NCBI GenBank assembly: GCA_964187785.1
Contig: OZ076413.1
Span: 47,804,001 to 47,868,000 of the forward strand
From: Amphiscolops sp. MND2022
Lineage: Eukaryota
Length of the DNA stretch: 64,000 bases
Reading direction: 5' to 3'
The translations under genes and the position numbers were made by a program. Numbering within the stretch: the stretch's first letter is position 1; every line of letters starts with the position of its first letter. This document shows positions 14,549-28,119 of the stretch, in pieces. A model generated the notes under the pieces. It was not told where the DNA came from. It worked only from the letters and a program-made list of their open reading frames with translations, and did not search any database.

Positions 14549-16733
14549 TGTAGTAGAAAATCCCACATTGAAGGTATCAACACCGCTGTAACATCCTTGT
14601 AGTAGTAGTAGTAGTAGCCTACTCAGTAGGCTACCTTCTGAGAAAATCCCACATTGAAGGAATCAACACCGCTGTAACATCCTTGTTGATGAGAGGAACT
14701 CTTGAATGTAAACTTCCTTAAAAAGTTTAGACTGGTCCGATTAACTGTTTAAACTGATTGATTACGCAAAAATAGTGTGAAGAATTGAGATTCTAAATTC
14801 CAAACTCTCAATTTGAAAAAAAATTAAATTGATGGTTTCTAGTTTGTATTCAACTTGAATACAAACTAGAAACCATCAATTTAATTTTTTTCAAAGTGAG
14901 AGTTTGGAATTGAGATACAAACATTCTTTTTTTGAAATCTTCTGATCTTTTTTTGATACCTGTCGTGAGCTTCAGCAAAAACTGTTCCGAAAAATTGTTT
15001 TTTCGATTAACTGTACTCTTTTGTACGAAAGAAAGGAAAGTAAAGACAAGATTAAAAAGCCATTATTTTAAAAGTAACCCGCTTTTGAGTTTTGTAAACG
15101 AACGATTTTCATAAATCAGGGAAGTTTACAAAAGTGTAGTTCCAAACTGAACGAACTGTTTCATTCTTTTGTTTACCATTCATCAATCAAATTTTAAGTT
15201 GTTACAGCTACTCATGGTTTTCTTTAAGGATGCGAATAAGTCCTACCTTATAAGGTAACGAAAGTTTCACTCATCATGAGTGATGATCAGCTCTCATTTC
15301 CTTATAAGGTACGTGCTGTCCCATTTCTTTGAAAAAGCTACCTTATTACCTTATTTGGTCAATACGGTGATTCATCGTTGACGAACAAGCGTGCGCGTAT
15401 TACCTTATTTGGTCAGTAAGCGCCTGCTTTAAAGTATTTCAAGTTTGATCGCGGTAAAATTCCAATTAAATTGGCGGTTATCAGATCTTCTCGAAGAGAC
15501 CAATTTCCCTTATGAGTAGGCATTGGATTTATTTGGAAATTACAGTAGTAGCAGAAGCATACAATAAAATATGGATACCATTTGGTTGATGGCTAGACAA
15601 TACGGAAAAAAATACGGAAGAAGCGTTGAATATGTGAAAGTAAAAACAGTCTTTACTTCTGAGTCAGAAATAAATACTGTTTTTATTTTCACATATTCAA
15701 CGCTTCTTCCGTATTCTGAGAAGTACTGAGATTAGTGATTGTTAATCGTGTCGCTTCTCAGAAACGTCAATTTAGCTAAGTATTGAATAATTTCTATCAA
15801 AATAGATATAAACTTATGTAAGGCGAAATATGGAGAAACATGACATTTGGATACAAATTAATCCTAAGCCTACTCATGATTGTTCGCTATGGATGAATCA
15901 AATGAAGATGTTTGGAATTTGGCAGTCAGAATTTGTAACAGACAGCAATATCATTGTTTTGTTGGTAAATATGAACGCCAATGCGAATTCTAAAATTGAT
16001 GATTGACACTTCAATAGTGATTCTTTCTCACCACTGTTACAATACGCTTCTGACAGCAGAAAGTGGTTCGCAATACTAGCCCCGAGAAGAAATGTTTAGC
16101 TCCGAAATTTATCATTACTAGAAAAGCAAAACGGTTGACCGTTGAATCCTCTCCCTTTACAGAAGTTTCAACAGTGTTAGTAGGTAAGATATTGATAGTT
16201 TTGTTTCCTTTCCGTAGTATTCAGCTATCTAAAAATTTATTCTCTTCACTAAAAGCTTTAAATATAGTATATCTTCAAACAAACTCCTGTTTCACCTCCT
16301 TTGGAAAAACGAATAATTCTTCTATATTGAATCTGAATCAGTTACTAAGGAACTGGATATAAGTTGAGTCGGACACTTTTCAATGTCCCTCATATTATCG
16401 TCACGGCTGTGATTACGCTCACGGCAGGGACCAAAGTTCAGAAATTTGATTGAGAGTAAAAACATTTATGGTAAACAAGGTAACTCAGTAAACAAACAAA
16501 ATCCTGAAATTTGGTCCCTGTCGTGAGCGCAATGTTATTAAACAATTCATTAACTTGTCAGCATAACAACAAACACTGTCTGCCAGGCAACAGTGGCCGA
16601 CAATAATTGATAAATTGTTTAATGCGTAAATTTAATGATTAAATTTACGCATTAAACAATTTATCAATTATTGTCGGCCAGACCGTGATGATGAATTGTT
16701 TAATGATAAATTGTTTAAACTGAGTTGCAGCTA

Positions 16734-17094
16734 CTAGGTGAACCAAAAAAAACGGAACGTACAAAAAATTCTTGAGCTCTCAAAGATCCAAATATTTGAC
16801 AACTGAAGTTTCAAAGCAACGTTCAACGCTCCTGTCAATCATTCAAATTTGGTATATTTCTTAGAAGCGGAAATGCTTTCGCACATTGAAAGTAAGAACG
16901 AAATGACTGGTATAGACGTCTAGACTATTTTTGATGGTTCAAACCATCATTCGTTGGAGATGTGATTACGTAATATGAGCTTCAATCAAAATATTTGATA
17001 GATAAAATTGAAAGATTCTCAGTGCCTTGTTTACAAACAATACGATTTTGAAGACACAAAAATTTGCACGTTCCGTTTTTTTTGGTTCACCTAG
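16734..17094. mobile_element. Tc1/mariner-type MITE (TA TSD); internally deleted copy at ~27541-27740
   Basis: TA|CTAGGTGAACCAAAAAAAACGGAACG ... CGTTCCGTTTTTTTTGGTTCACCTAG|TA. Confidence 0.85.
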
Positions 17095-17320
17095 TAATTT
17101 TGGTCCCTGGTGTAAGCGCCTGATGTAATAAAACGTTCCTATGACTAAAATGACTCCGATGACTTCTGATCAAGGAAAACGCTAATTTGAAACTTCCATT
17201 TTGTAATTTTTGTATTTATGATACTTTTATTTAAAAAATGCAATAATCATGATCGTAATCATTTGAGGATCACACCATTTGAATATCATATGAAAAGTTA
17301 CATGACAAATGAAGTTGAAA

Positions 17321-19331
17321 TTAGGAGCAATGTTCCTTTACGTGCATCCTATAATTTTCCATTGTCTTGAAATTAACATTGGATACGAGTGTCGCGTGAA
17401 CATTAATGTTGCTGTTGAAGTTTAGAGTTGATGTTTTGTCAACTTTGAATTTCAGGGACGTAATGACAGCTGTTCCATCCGCAACTTTGTCCCATTCGTT
17501 GCCCAATATGTGGTCCCATGCTGATGTTGAAAAAGGGCCGTCGTTTTCTTTGATGGAGAATGTCACTGGGCCATTTGTGACACCGAACGCGTGAATCGTC
17601 GCATCAGTGCAAGGGGCAAAATCTTGCTTGATGTCTTTGACTCTGCTGCGTCCACTGAGAGAATTCATCAGCAAGTTTATCAGGTTAGAATATGCCCAAT
17701 ACACTAACGCATGGTCGTCGTATAACGGCGCGCCAGGTGCGTTTTCAACTGCTCCCAGTCTTTTTTTCCGGAGATAACTTACAGGGACTGTTGCGTTAAA
17801 GGAAGGATCGTCCTGTTTTTCGACTTCTACGAGAAGGTTCGTCTTTAAATAGTAAATAGAATTAATCTTCCAATCGCAGCCCAAAATTTCAATAATGTCT
17901 CCCTTGATGACGACTCCGGTGCTGATGGGGACACAAACTAGTTCTTTTCGTTCAAGTGGGGTACTTTTGAAACTCTGGGAAGGTCCACCAATTATGGCCT
18001 GGTATTGCATCAGGATTACCCGGGCCGAATAATTTATCGTAGTCACTATTCCAAAGTTTAAAAAATATTAGAAAAATGTTTGAAAAGTACTACAACTAAC
18101 CCATTGAACCTATTTTGGTTGGTGATATGCAAATGATAATAGGTATTTTTGCCAAAATTGAGAACTCAATTCGCTTCGGAAAAACTGAGGATAAAGCACT
18201 TCGGAAACTTTTCCTAGTAGTATTGTCAAAAAGATTTATGTATTCTACAAAAAAATCAAATCAACTGTACGTGCTTTTTCTCGGGAGGCTGCCAACAACT
18301 TGCAACGTTAAACTTGCAATCATTCAACCCTCATAGTCTAGCTAAAAAATAGTTGTACCTCTGTTAAAAAAATATTGAAGTAGTATTTTCGGTAAGCCTG
18401 CTTTACATCAATTTTAGTCTTCTTTTCAGGCATCTTGGCGGGGATCGTGGCCTCTATTCCGCGGGTCACCAACACCGTGACTTTTTTGTCAAACACCGTC
18501 TTTTTGTCGCATCTTGAAGTAACGTGTTCTTCGTCAGATTCATCCGAGGACTCGGAGTCCTCGGGTTCTTCGAATTTCACTTTTTTGAAAACGGATGCTG
18601 CCTTTTGTGACGATTCGCATCGAAGCTGGTAGTATTTGATGGGGACCAAATTCACATTTTCCAGCTGTTCTTCGAAAAAAACGTTTTCCTCTATTGGTAT
18701 CACAACTGGCGATATCAACATTTCTTTACGGAAGGGATCGTTTTTCATTACGAAACCTTCTTCGATGTCCCCTATGTGTCGTACGCCGTCTTTAGCATGG
18801 GCCAGTGTGTAATGAACTTTATCGTTTCTAACACGTTTTTCTTTCATGTAGCCCAGAACATCAAGGCTCAGTGTCAGTTCAACGCTACGGCTGTAGCTTG
18901 GAATTGGCGTTTCGTTCTTTCGGATGGGCCATTTCTCTGGAAAGTCGTGGAATTTTGGGGGTGTTCTAACAACTCCTGCTGCATGTTTTGAGTTGTAATC
19001 TAACCATTTGACTTTCGCCTGGAAACAAAAACGTTTTAAAATGTAACTCAATGAACAAAATTCATTAGCAGTAGTGATATTTCTGAAAGCAACAAATGGC
19101 AAGACTGAAAATCGAATATCTCTAAAACAACAGCGATTTCTGAAAAAAAATTATGAGGATGAAAGTTTCTTAGATTTTTATGTATGTTTATTTGAAGAAT
19201 ATAGGATGAAAATTTAATACCTCATGAGTTCGGTGAAATTCGGTGACGTAGGCTGATCGCCAAAGTCCACATTCTTCCTCGAAACATTGCAGGAGTTCTC
19301 CGACTTTGAAATTTTTCGAGAATGTCTGCAT
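17321..19331 (-). CDS. Spliced cargo gene with N-terminal Tudor/Agenet/chromo-barrel-like domain; middle part unresolved, possibly disrupted
   Basis: Exon 19331-19221 (GT donor) joined to exon from 19018 (AG acceptor) gives MQTFSKNFKVGELLQCFEEECGLWRSAYVTEFHRTHE|AKVKWLDYNSKH, a Royal-family barrel pattern; continues through ORFs 18338-19102 and 17321-18046; the linking segment ~18101-18345 has two in-frame TGA. Confidence 0.6.
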
Positions 19332-20167
19332 TGTCTGTTGTTTCGCACTCGGTTCAAGACTCGGTACTAGTAGTGGGTTTAAGAGGACTAAATTCAGTGT
19401 CTTTGTAGTGAAATGAGACTAATATTATGTTGCTCTAAGCAAGCTAAGTTAGCAAAAAGACTTCAACTTGAACTGACTTCAACAAAAATTAGAATAACTT
19501 CAACTTAAACTTGTCACAGCCACAAAACCAAATTGGGTTAAATTGGTCCAGAATGATATACCGGACCGCGGGCGTTAATTTGAACCAATATGGTCAAAAC
19601 TTAGATTTTCGGATAATCAGTTGAATTGCACAATGGAAAAATTAGTCTATTTAATGATGCTATTCATTACTATCCAATTTATAGTAATGAACGATGCCTC
19701 CTATGATGGGGATGACCATCATTACAAGGCCCACTTCATCCAATATTCAATCTTGGTTGAAACCTAAACCACAAAACCAAATTGGGTTAAATTGTTCCAG
19801 AGTATTTTGCCGGCCCGGGGGCGTTAATTTGAACTTGATTTTCGAATAATGATAATTATGAAGTGATTAGATAATGATGCCCCGTCCTGGCTGACTTCAA
19901 GTCACGCTGATAAGTCACGCTGATAAGTCACGCTTTAAGTTACGCTGATTGACCATCTTACGCTGCATGACTGAAATCCATTCTACCGGGAAGTGTCTCG
20001 TAATTACATCGTAAAATCGAAAAGGGAATAAGTTTTTGAATTCATCATTTGAAATCAATTCCTCGTCAAGTTCAGACCTCAATTTTATTCAAACTTCTCA
20101 ACTATATTGTTGCAACAACCAGTTTACTAATCTCTTGAATTCGAGAATCAAACTGAAATTTTCCAAA

Positions 20168-23100
20168 ATGCTCGATGCTTCTTTTTCTCAAACAACATCT
20201 TCCCAAACTTCGGTCAACATTGCTATCGAGCAAATTATTGCCCGTCATTTGAATGATGATGGAATTGTACAAGAAGTTATCCATGAACTCGCGCCTCCTC
20301 CTGTTCTGACAAGTCAGATATCTCATCCTCACGCTCAGGCTGATATATATGACTTCGTTCCATCGAACTCATCAATGCCAGCAGTAATCGCCGAAAATCA
20401 TACAGGTTCAACATTTTTTGGTACTTTAAAACGTTTATTGGGCGCATTATACTTTTTCCCTCGGCTATGTGTCGTCTGTTGATAGTTCCAGTTACGTGTG
20501 GATAGTGTTGATAGTTCCAGTTTCCACTCAGTGTCAGTAATTTGCATAATTCTAAATGAATGTCGCACTATGTCAGATAAATTTTACGGAACAAAGTGCT
20601 CTACATAACTGGGTAGCGTTCTAAAGTATTGCAAATCCATATTAATACTTGACTATATACCACAATAATAAGTTGAATAATATCCATAATAAGTTGAATA
20701 ATACTTTCTGAACAAGTTTTGGTCAAACATTTGCCGTCGAGAATGATCCTGCCGAATTAGTAATTAGTAAACTACAAAATAAACATGATTTCAGTTCAAT
20801 TCGCAGTGTGTATATAACTGAAATCCTGAGTGATTTCACTGGAATAATTTTATGCCTTGTAATGGAGCTCACACCAGGGACCAAAATTTTGAAATCAATC
20901 GTAGAACATCGAAATTGTTTTTGTGAAAAACGGATGTTTCCAACTGAGTAAATTATTGAGCTAAACAATCAGTGTAGGATAAAAATAGTTTTTTTAGATA
21001 ACTGAATGCAATCAATTTTTTCTGAATTTCCTTGGATTTATATGCTTTCTCTTATTTAAAAAAAAAACAGATTGATTTCAAAAATCAATTAGGTTTCGGT
21101 AATCAAATGTTTCTTGATTGGCAGAAAATGGCATGTTTATTGTATTTAAGGTTATCAAACTCCATCATGGAAACCCCCAGGCCCCAAAGAGCAGCTTGAA
21201 AATTCTAGTGTCCCGCTTCAAACACGCCCAGAGGGATTGAATAACCCCCATTCAACACCACATCCGAACCATGCGTCATCAACGAACTTCGCCGCTCCAT
21301 TGAGCCCGATCGACGCGGTCAATTCCAACGGGAGCAACTATGATTCTCCCCTCGAACTTCAGCCAGCGGCCCAGGATGCAAATGGTCGTGGTGAACTGTT
21401 GAGCGTCATGTCAAAATGGGCAGAAGGACGCTCTCATGTCGAACATCTAGTGGAAACTGACCGTGTTCCTCAAAAAGAAGGAGCCATGCTTGTGTTCCAG
21501 TCGCTCGTGATCATCTGGTGTGTCATCAACAACTACCCTGCCCGACTTCTCAAGAAGTTCACTGTGTATGACTTTGTGAACTTCGTCAAGAAAGGAAATG
21601 GTCAATATGTTTGTGCTGTGACTGATGGAAACAAGTACAAATTTAGGAGGGCTTTAAAGTTCAACGAGTTCGAGCAAAAAGTGATGACTTTCTATTTCAA
21701 ACGTGTTCGCCCATTTTGGATAAATGCATTCGATGTTCTGAAAGACAGTTTTCTCACAGAACCCTTAGATTTGACTCTGCAAGAAGTAACACAGTCAATT
21801 TTTTATAATTCACTAGGGAAAAAGCAATTGAATGTTACCAGAGTTTGTGAGAACTTTCAAAACAAAATGAATGCAACCCACAGGAAGCCGAAAAGAAGAC
21901 TCATCTACGAGCCAACTACAACAATTCTCGAAAATGATGGAACTGTTAGTTCAACAGTGGAAATGATATCGCAGGCAACCAAAACGCCACCAAACAACAA
22001 CCCCGATTCTGATTCAGCAGCTCAAAGACAGTTGAAGCCAGTGGAGATGACTACGATGTCCCCGACTTCAAAAAAACAACTGTTCTACTCTAGTGATAGC
22101 TTTACCAGTCTCAATTCAGTAAGTTAAATCTTTTAGTATCCATCATTACGATACACGTACCGGTATGCTGCTGTCAGTCAAGCAGCGCAATCTGAGTAAA
22201 ATGGTAAAATGGTCATTCAGCGTAAGTTAGTCAAGTATGGAGTAGAACAGATGATCGTGCGCACTGAAAAGTTATTGGATTGAATTTGGTCCCTGCCATG
22301 AGCACAGCTGAAAATTTTTATTCAATAAAAATTTTTTCAGCTGTTCTCATGGGAGGGACCAAATTCAACCCAATCAAGTTGATCCTCAGGAGTTGAACTT
22401 GATTGGGTTGAATTTGGTCCCTGCGATGAGCACAGCTGAAAATTTTGGACTGAATTTTTTGGACTGAAAAAGTCCACATTGCTCGAGGTGAACAAAACTC
22501 CTACAAAACTCTACTAAAGTACTTAGTTTATGAAATTTTTCAGGTGAAAAAAATTTTTCATTCTTCCGAATAATCCCGAGGACACTATTCCGACGCCGGC
22601 CGAATGCAGGGAAGAAATCATGAGAAGAGTTTGCATTGATGCGGCAGCAGCAAAAAACCTCGGAGGACGTGTGAATGACCACTTGCGCTACAAACTCGTG
22701 AATTTGCGTGTCCAAATACCATTAACTTCTTCCATGGACCGACTCAACCGTCCCGAGATTGCGTAGCAAAATTCGTCCGCAATCGTGGTTGGTCGGATCA
22801 CGCAAGAATTGTCGACCAAGCGATGATAGCGTGGAAGCCTGCAAATAGTGATGTTATACGAATCACTAGACGTACAGTACCTGAAGTAATTCAGACGGAT
22901 CTCGGAAGAGGCGTGTGTATGTTTTTTTGCAAGCTGACATCAACTTTTGTGAACACCTCAAAAATACAAGAGTACATCTGTAACCAAGAGTGGCCCTTCC
23001 TCCAAGTTCGTGAAAAAATATTGTTCGCGAATGGTTCTGTCGGCCGCGGAGTGGTCACAACTGCCTCAATCAAAGAATCGGAAATAGTTTGTGACCACAC

Positions 23101-23548
23101 AGACCTTGTCATAGACCAGGCACTATTACGAGAACGTTCAAACACGCAGTATGTTCTTGACTGTGGTGATTTTGTGCTCGATGCTACTGCCGAAACGTGC
23201 AAATGTCACCTTGGTAGAAGATCGTTTGGACGTCTCCTCAACTACAGACCGAGCAACAACCAAGAATGTAATGTGAGAATGAAGCGGGCAAATATCGGTG
23301 GCCAAGATGTAGTTCTGTTCGTTGCGAAGAGATCCATCGATGTCTTGGAGGAACTCTGCTTCGATTACAATGATGCAGTTTGCAGGGCAGAGTTTTGCCA
23401 GCAACTTTCCAATTCCTCGGGTGCCTCACGGTCCACACAGCCCCAAGGAACATCTACCACTGGCAATGAATCTGAGCGAGAGACCTCTACTACTACTACT
23501 AGTAACTCTCAAGTGACCGAGACGCCTGGAAGTCCTACCCTCTTTTGA
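20168..23548 (+). CDS. Spliced cargo gene: degenerate tyrosine-recombinase-like domain + SET domain (two apparent homopolymer frameshifts)
   Basis: Exons ~20168-20404/20420, 21151-22118, 22544-23548; SET motifs VGRGVVTT, GRLLNY, EELCFDY; exon 2 has YR-like pattern ...FTVYDF...YFKRVRP...FYNSLGK without the catalytic residues; frame slips at ~22547 (A7) and ~22714 (A3). Confidence 0.8.
22144..22235 (+). repeat. Internal copy of the transposon's left terminus inside an intron
   Basis: 92 bp nearly identical to 4948-5039, starting at the exact first base CATTACGATACACGTACCGGTA. Confidence 0.93.
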
Positions 23549-24157
23549 AACTTGAAGTGTAATCATTAGTGAAGATGATCTTAGTACAGTAGCGTGATTT
23601 TAAAAAAAAATGCCCGGCCTGCCTCTACACTGAGCGTTATCATAATTGATCGATTGCATCTTTGCTCAATTTCAACTGATTATATATTTTCAACACTTTC
23701 AACTGATATCATATTTCAACATATTTTCAACTAATAACTCATTTTCAAATAGTTTTTTTTTACCGAAGACAGTATTTTTCTTCCTTACATGACGATGATA
23801 CGTATGATACTAGTGGAGTCTCTCATAAATTAAAAAAATGTTTTCAGGACATCCAAAGAAGTTTTTTTTGAATTTTTGAATTACGTTTCGAGTTACTTGT
23901 TTTTTTTTCTCTGGGGTTAACGCTTTATCGCATAACGAGACAACCCGGTAAAATAGGTTTCAGGCACGCAGCTGTATGATCTCGGACATTTCAAAAAGTC
24001 TGTCGGAAGTTTGCAATTTGTTTTTTCTTCTTCTACCGTGACGGTCACTTCTGGTGGCAATCATAACTTTTGAAATTGTTTTCATAATCATTAAGCCAGT
24101 ATCATCGTTTTTGTGATTTGTTGCTGGTTTCTTGCTTAAACAGGTTTTGTATTTCAG

Positions 24158-27100
24158 ATCGAAATGATACAAAAACCAATCATCACTTATGCTGGCATCA
24201 ATTACGTGAAACTCACATTCCTGAACGTCTTGTTCCCGAATGTGTTCCTGCTGGAAAGCAATGACTGCCTTCTTCCCAATGATCGCAGAAAGGCTACAGA
24301 TTTCCTCAAGAAGCATTTAAAAGGTTTACTTTCTTTCCTTTTTTAATCAAAAACATAACTAGAGATCGTAAACGTAATCGTCCAAAACGTGGTTGTGAGA
24401 TGTAAGGAATGCACTTGAGCATAGCATTGTAGTTGATCGTTCGTGGCACGTTTTGATTCATGATTGTTGCAGGACTGAACGTAAACTTCTCTGATGTATA
24501 CAAGCCCCATGGGATCAAAGAAAGATGTCCTTTGTTGCGCGAAGACGTATTCGATTTATTGATAATATCTGCACCTCCATCATTGATTCCCTGGACGACT
24601 GAAAGAGTTGGCTATATACGACAATTTTTCCCTTCGTTGCCCATTCCAGACTCAACCTCTTTTTTAACAATTCAAGTTGACGCTATTTTTTCACAACAAT
24701 CATTGGAAACAGGCGTTTCGCTGCAGAATTTTTGGAGCTCTTCTTTGAAGACTATATCCGAATCAGAAATTGCATTGGGTCAATTTATTGAAACTCTCAA
24801 GCAGTTTTTCACAAGTCAAACTTTGAAAATCAAGAAAAAAAACACCTTAGTTCATAAACTTCTTCATCTATTTCTGCCAAACTTGTTTTGCCTTGAAAGG
24901 GAAGACATTCAAATGGAGATTCAATGCCTACTTATTCTCAGTAATCCTCAGGATCTTTTAGTCAAAATACGTCGACTTATACAATGCCCTTTCATCAAAT
25001 CCACCATTCTCCCTTCAAGACGTGAACTTCAAGCAATCACAAATAAATTGAACGAAGATTTCAGATTAATACTTACTCCCAGAAGAACCCCCACTGGGTT
25101 CCGTGTTAATCTTGTTTCATTTGTCAGATTCGTTGCCTGCAATTTGTATAACAAGACCAGCTTAGTCGGCTTGAGAGTCGACATTTATGGTGATGCAATG
25201 TCTCGGGGGAAAAAAGACGTCGTACGAATGGCCTTCCGAATTTTGCAAAGCGGCATCGAAACTGAGCAATCCTCAACTCATGTCTTCACGTTTGCTGTGT
25301 TTGAGGTGAGTCGTTCAAGTTTTAATCTAATTTTAACATTATTAACTTGATTTTAACTTCATTCTAACTTGATTTCTATTGTGAGCTACATCAAAATGTT
25401 TATTGAGAACCTAATTTTGGTCCCTGTTGTGAGCTACACTTAATAGTTCAGTGGTAACGCAAATCTAAATTTGGTCCCTGTCGTGAGTTACACTTAAATG
25501 ATTACTTAGTCGTTGGAAAACCAATTTGGTCCGTCTTGAGCAGCACTCAATTGTTTTGTTGATATAATTCTAAATTTTCCCTGTTGTGAGAAACTGGAAG
25601 TTGAAATATGAATTTTTGGAATGTTTCCCGGGGTAAAGATGTGCGAATCAACCTGGAATACAATCTCGCCATGTCAGAAGTGCTTGGACGCCCTGGATGG
25701 CTATACAACGAAACAAAGGCCTTGCATGATGAAGGTGCTATACTGAGTTGCTCGGGTGATTCACCATACCAACTGCGTCTTTTAAAAGGTGTTAGCAGTG
25801 ATGTCTCTTGTCTGTCAAAGATGTGTCTTTATGTCAGTGATCCTGCAGATATTTCGAATCCACAAGTGAAACAGACAAAAAAAGACACCGCTGAATATAA
25901 GAAAGAAATGGAAGGAAGGGGGGTGATTCTTCCGTCAACTGTCGATTATGCTACTGGCCGAAGAACAGAACTGATCATTGACATCAACGAATGCATCCCA
26001 AAAGACTCTCTCATTTTTCTCAAATCCACTTTCAATACATGCCCTGATTTGCTGCATATGGTTGTCCGTTCAGTCGAAAGTGACTTGAAGTTGCATGTGG
26101 ACTCGATGTTGCTGTTGAAAGACCATGCAGCAATATGTAGACTCGAATGTAACATAACGGAACGAAATGTGAAACCGCCGAGATTCAAGTTTGAGATCGC
26201 TGAAAAACTCTGCAAGGCTGTATCTCTCAGTTTCAGAGACGCCGAAGTCATAATATCCGACTGCAACAGAATCAGCGACTATGGCCGATCAGACTGCCCA
26301 ATTTTTGAAGGTGTGTATTCATTCGAAACACCTCATGTCTACAAAGCTGACCAAACAACCTCTACAACGTCTTATAACGTGTTGATATCATTGGTTGATG
26401 GGTTGGAGACATCTTTCACAAAAGGAGTGGGTATTTCTGTTCGGAAACTGGCTGACCTCCAATTCCAATCTCTTTACCAGTTACTTGATTTGCTTCGACA
26501 GAGAGAATTCAAAGATATTCAAAAGTGTAAAGATCTCTATGAGATTTATTACCAGTCAACTTTATGTCTTTTCGGTGATCGTGCGTTGACGCCATACAAA
26601 TTGAAACTGGATATTTTACTCAGACTTTTTGAGAAGGGTGAGCTTCTGTCTCCATTTTATTACATGACAGAAGGAACTGAAAAAAGCCACCACACGGCAG
26701 CCAAAGACTACAATACGAAGACAATGCGTGATGGTGGCAATGATGCTTGGAACATGTCATCCAGTTATCTCGATATTCAGTTTTCCTTCTACCGTGCAAT
26801 TGATTTATGTTCTTCAAAGTCTTCGACACTTGAATCTTACCGGAAGTTGTATGGAAAAACCGACGTGACAAAGACGTATCTTGAAATTTGCTGTGAACCC
26901 ATTCCAGAACCTGAACTTGACTATCTTAGAACTGAAGACATGTTTAGAGGTATGCACTTTGTCATTCTTGGAACATATGGTCACCTGAAAGAAACTCAAG
27001 CGAGTCTTGAGAAGAAGATCACTGAAAATGGAGGAAATGTTGTTTCCAATGTAGACATCATCAACAGAAGCAAGCTGAATTTTTTGAGCCATCACTATTG

Positions 27101-27458
27101 CATTTTACCAAATCGAAATTGTATCGACGCATTCATTAAAGGTCAACAAGGTAAAGAAAAAGCTGCAACGAAGGCGCTTTCCAACACGATACTCGGTAAC
27201 TGGATTTACTTGAACGCTGAATTTGTAATCGCCTGTGTACAGAAGAAGTCTTTGATTGATCCCAAAGGCTATGTTTTTGAAGTAGATGAGTCTGCGAGAG
27301 CCAAATTCAAAACGATGAAGTACAAATCTATGGCCCCACAATTACAACGTCAATCAAACCCCCTACGACATGGTTCATTAACTTACCACACAGCAATGCG
27401 GAAGTACAAGAACGCACTAAAAAAGGCCACAGTGAAGAGAAAACTAGACGACGTTTAA
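24158..27458 (+). CDS. DDE transposase of RAG1/Transib/CMC fold with C-terminal BRCT domain (at least ~940 aa; 5' exon not resolved)
   Basis: Exons 24158-24323, 24473-25305, 25632-27458 in consistent phase; motifs RVDIYGDAM, FAVFE|GKD, CSGDSPY, CPDLLHMVVR, LTPY, MTEGTEKSHH in RAG1/Transib order; BRCT pattern MFRGMHFVILG...KITENGGNV...WIYLNAEFVIACVQKKSLIDPKGYVF. The last acceptor reads GG (25630-25631), not AG. Confidence 0.82.
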
Positions 27459-28119
27459 TACCTAAAAACTTACTTATTTTATTACTAATTCAGTAGACAA
27501 GGTCCATTTGACCGCTTCATTGTCAATTCAGTGCTATCTACTAGGTGATTCAAATTTGGTACATTTCTTAGAAGCGAAAATGCTTTCACACATTAAAAGT
27601 GAGAACGAAATGACTGGTATAGACGTATATTTTTGATGGTTCAAACCATCTTTGGTTGAAAATGTGATTACGTAATTTGATCTTAAATCTAAATGAATGA
27701 CAGAAAAAATTGAACGATTATCAGTGCCTTGCTTACAAATATTTTATGTTATAATTTAAACTTATGATAGATCTATGATGATAGATTAAACCAAATATTC
27801 GCAATTCAACTTATAGTTCCATGGTATATCTTTTCGCCGTGACGTTTTCTCTGAAAAGTTCATCAGTCGAAATTTTGATCCCCGTCGTGAGCGCAATATT
27901 TAACTGCATCGAGTTTACATTCCCTCTGTTACCTTATTTACTATTGAATGATCTATGACAGTTGTCTCAGGAATGATCTATGAGGACGTGTGACTTCCTG
28001 GAATAGTGTGACTTGTTGTGAGTTGTTGGATGTATATATTTGACAATCATTTTATAGTTAATTTCATACAATATTGATTGGTGTATAACTTATGAGCGAA
28101 TTTTTTCAGTTGATATCAA

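Noticed and set aside
18101..18345. TGA recoding (selenocysteine or alternative code) in the Tudor-like gene
   Set aside because: Two in-frame TGAs are more simply explained by decay or an incorrect exon model; other genes here use TGG for Trp and the SET ORF stops at TGA.
21237..22127. Active tyrosine recombinase (Crypton/Starship-like mobilisation)
   Set aside because: Catalytic residues are not evident, and TIR plus TSD point to the DDE transposase.
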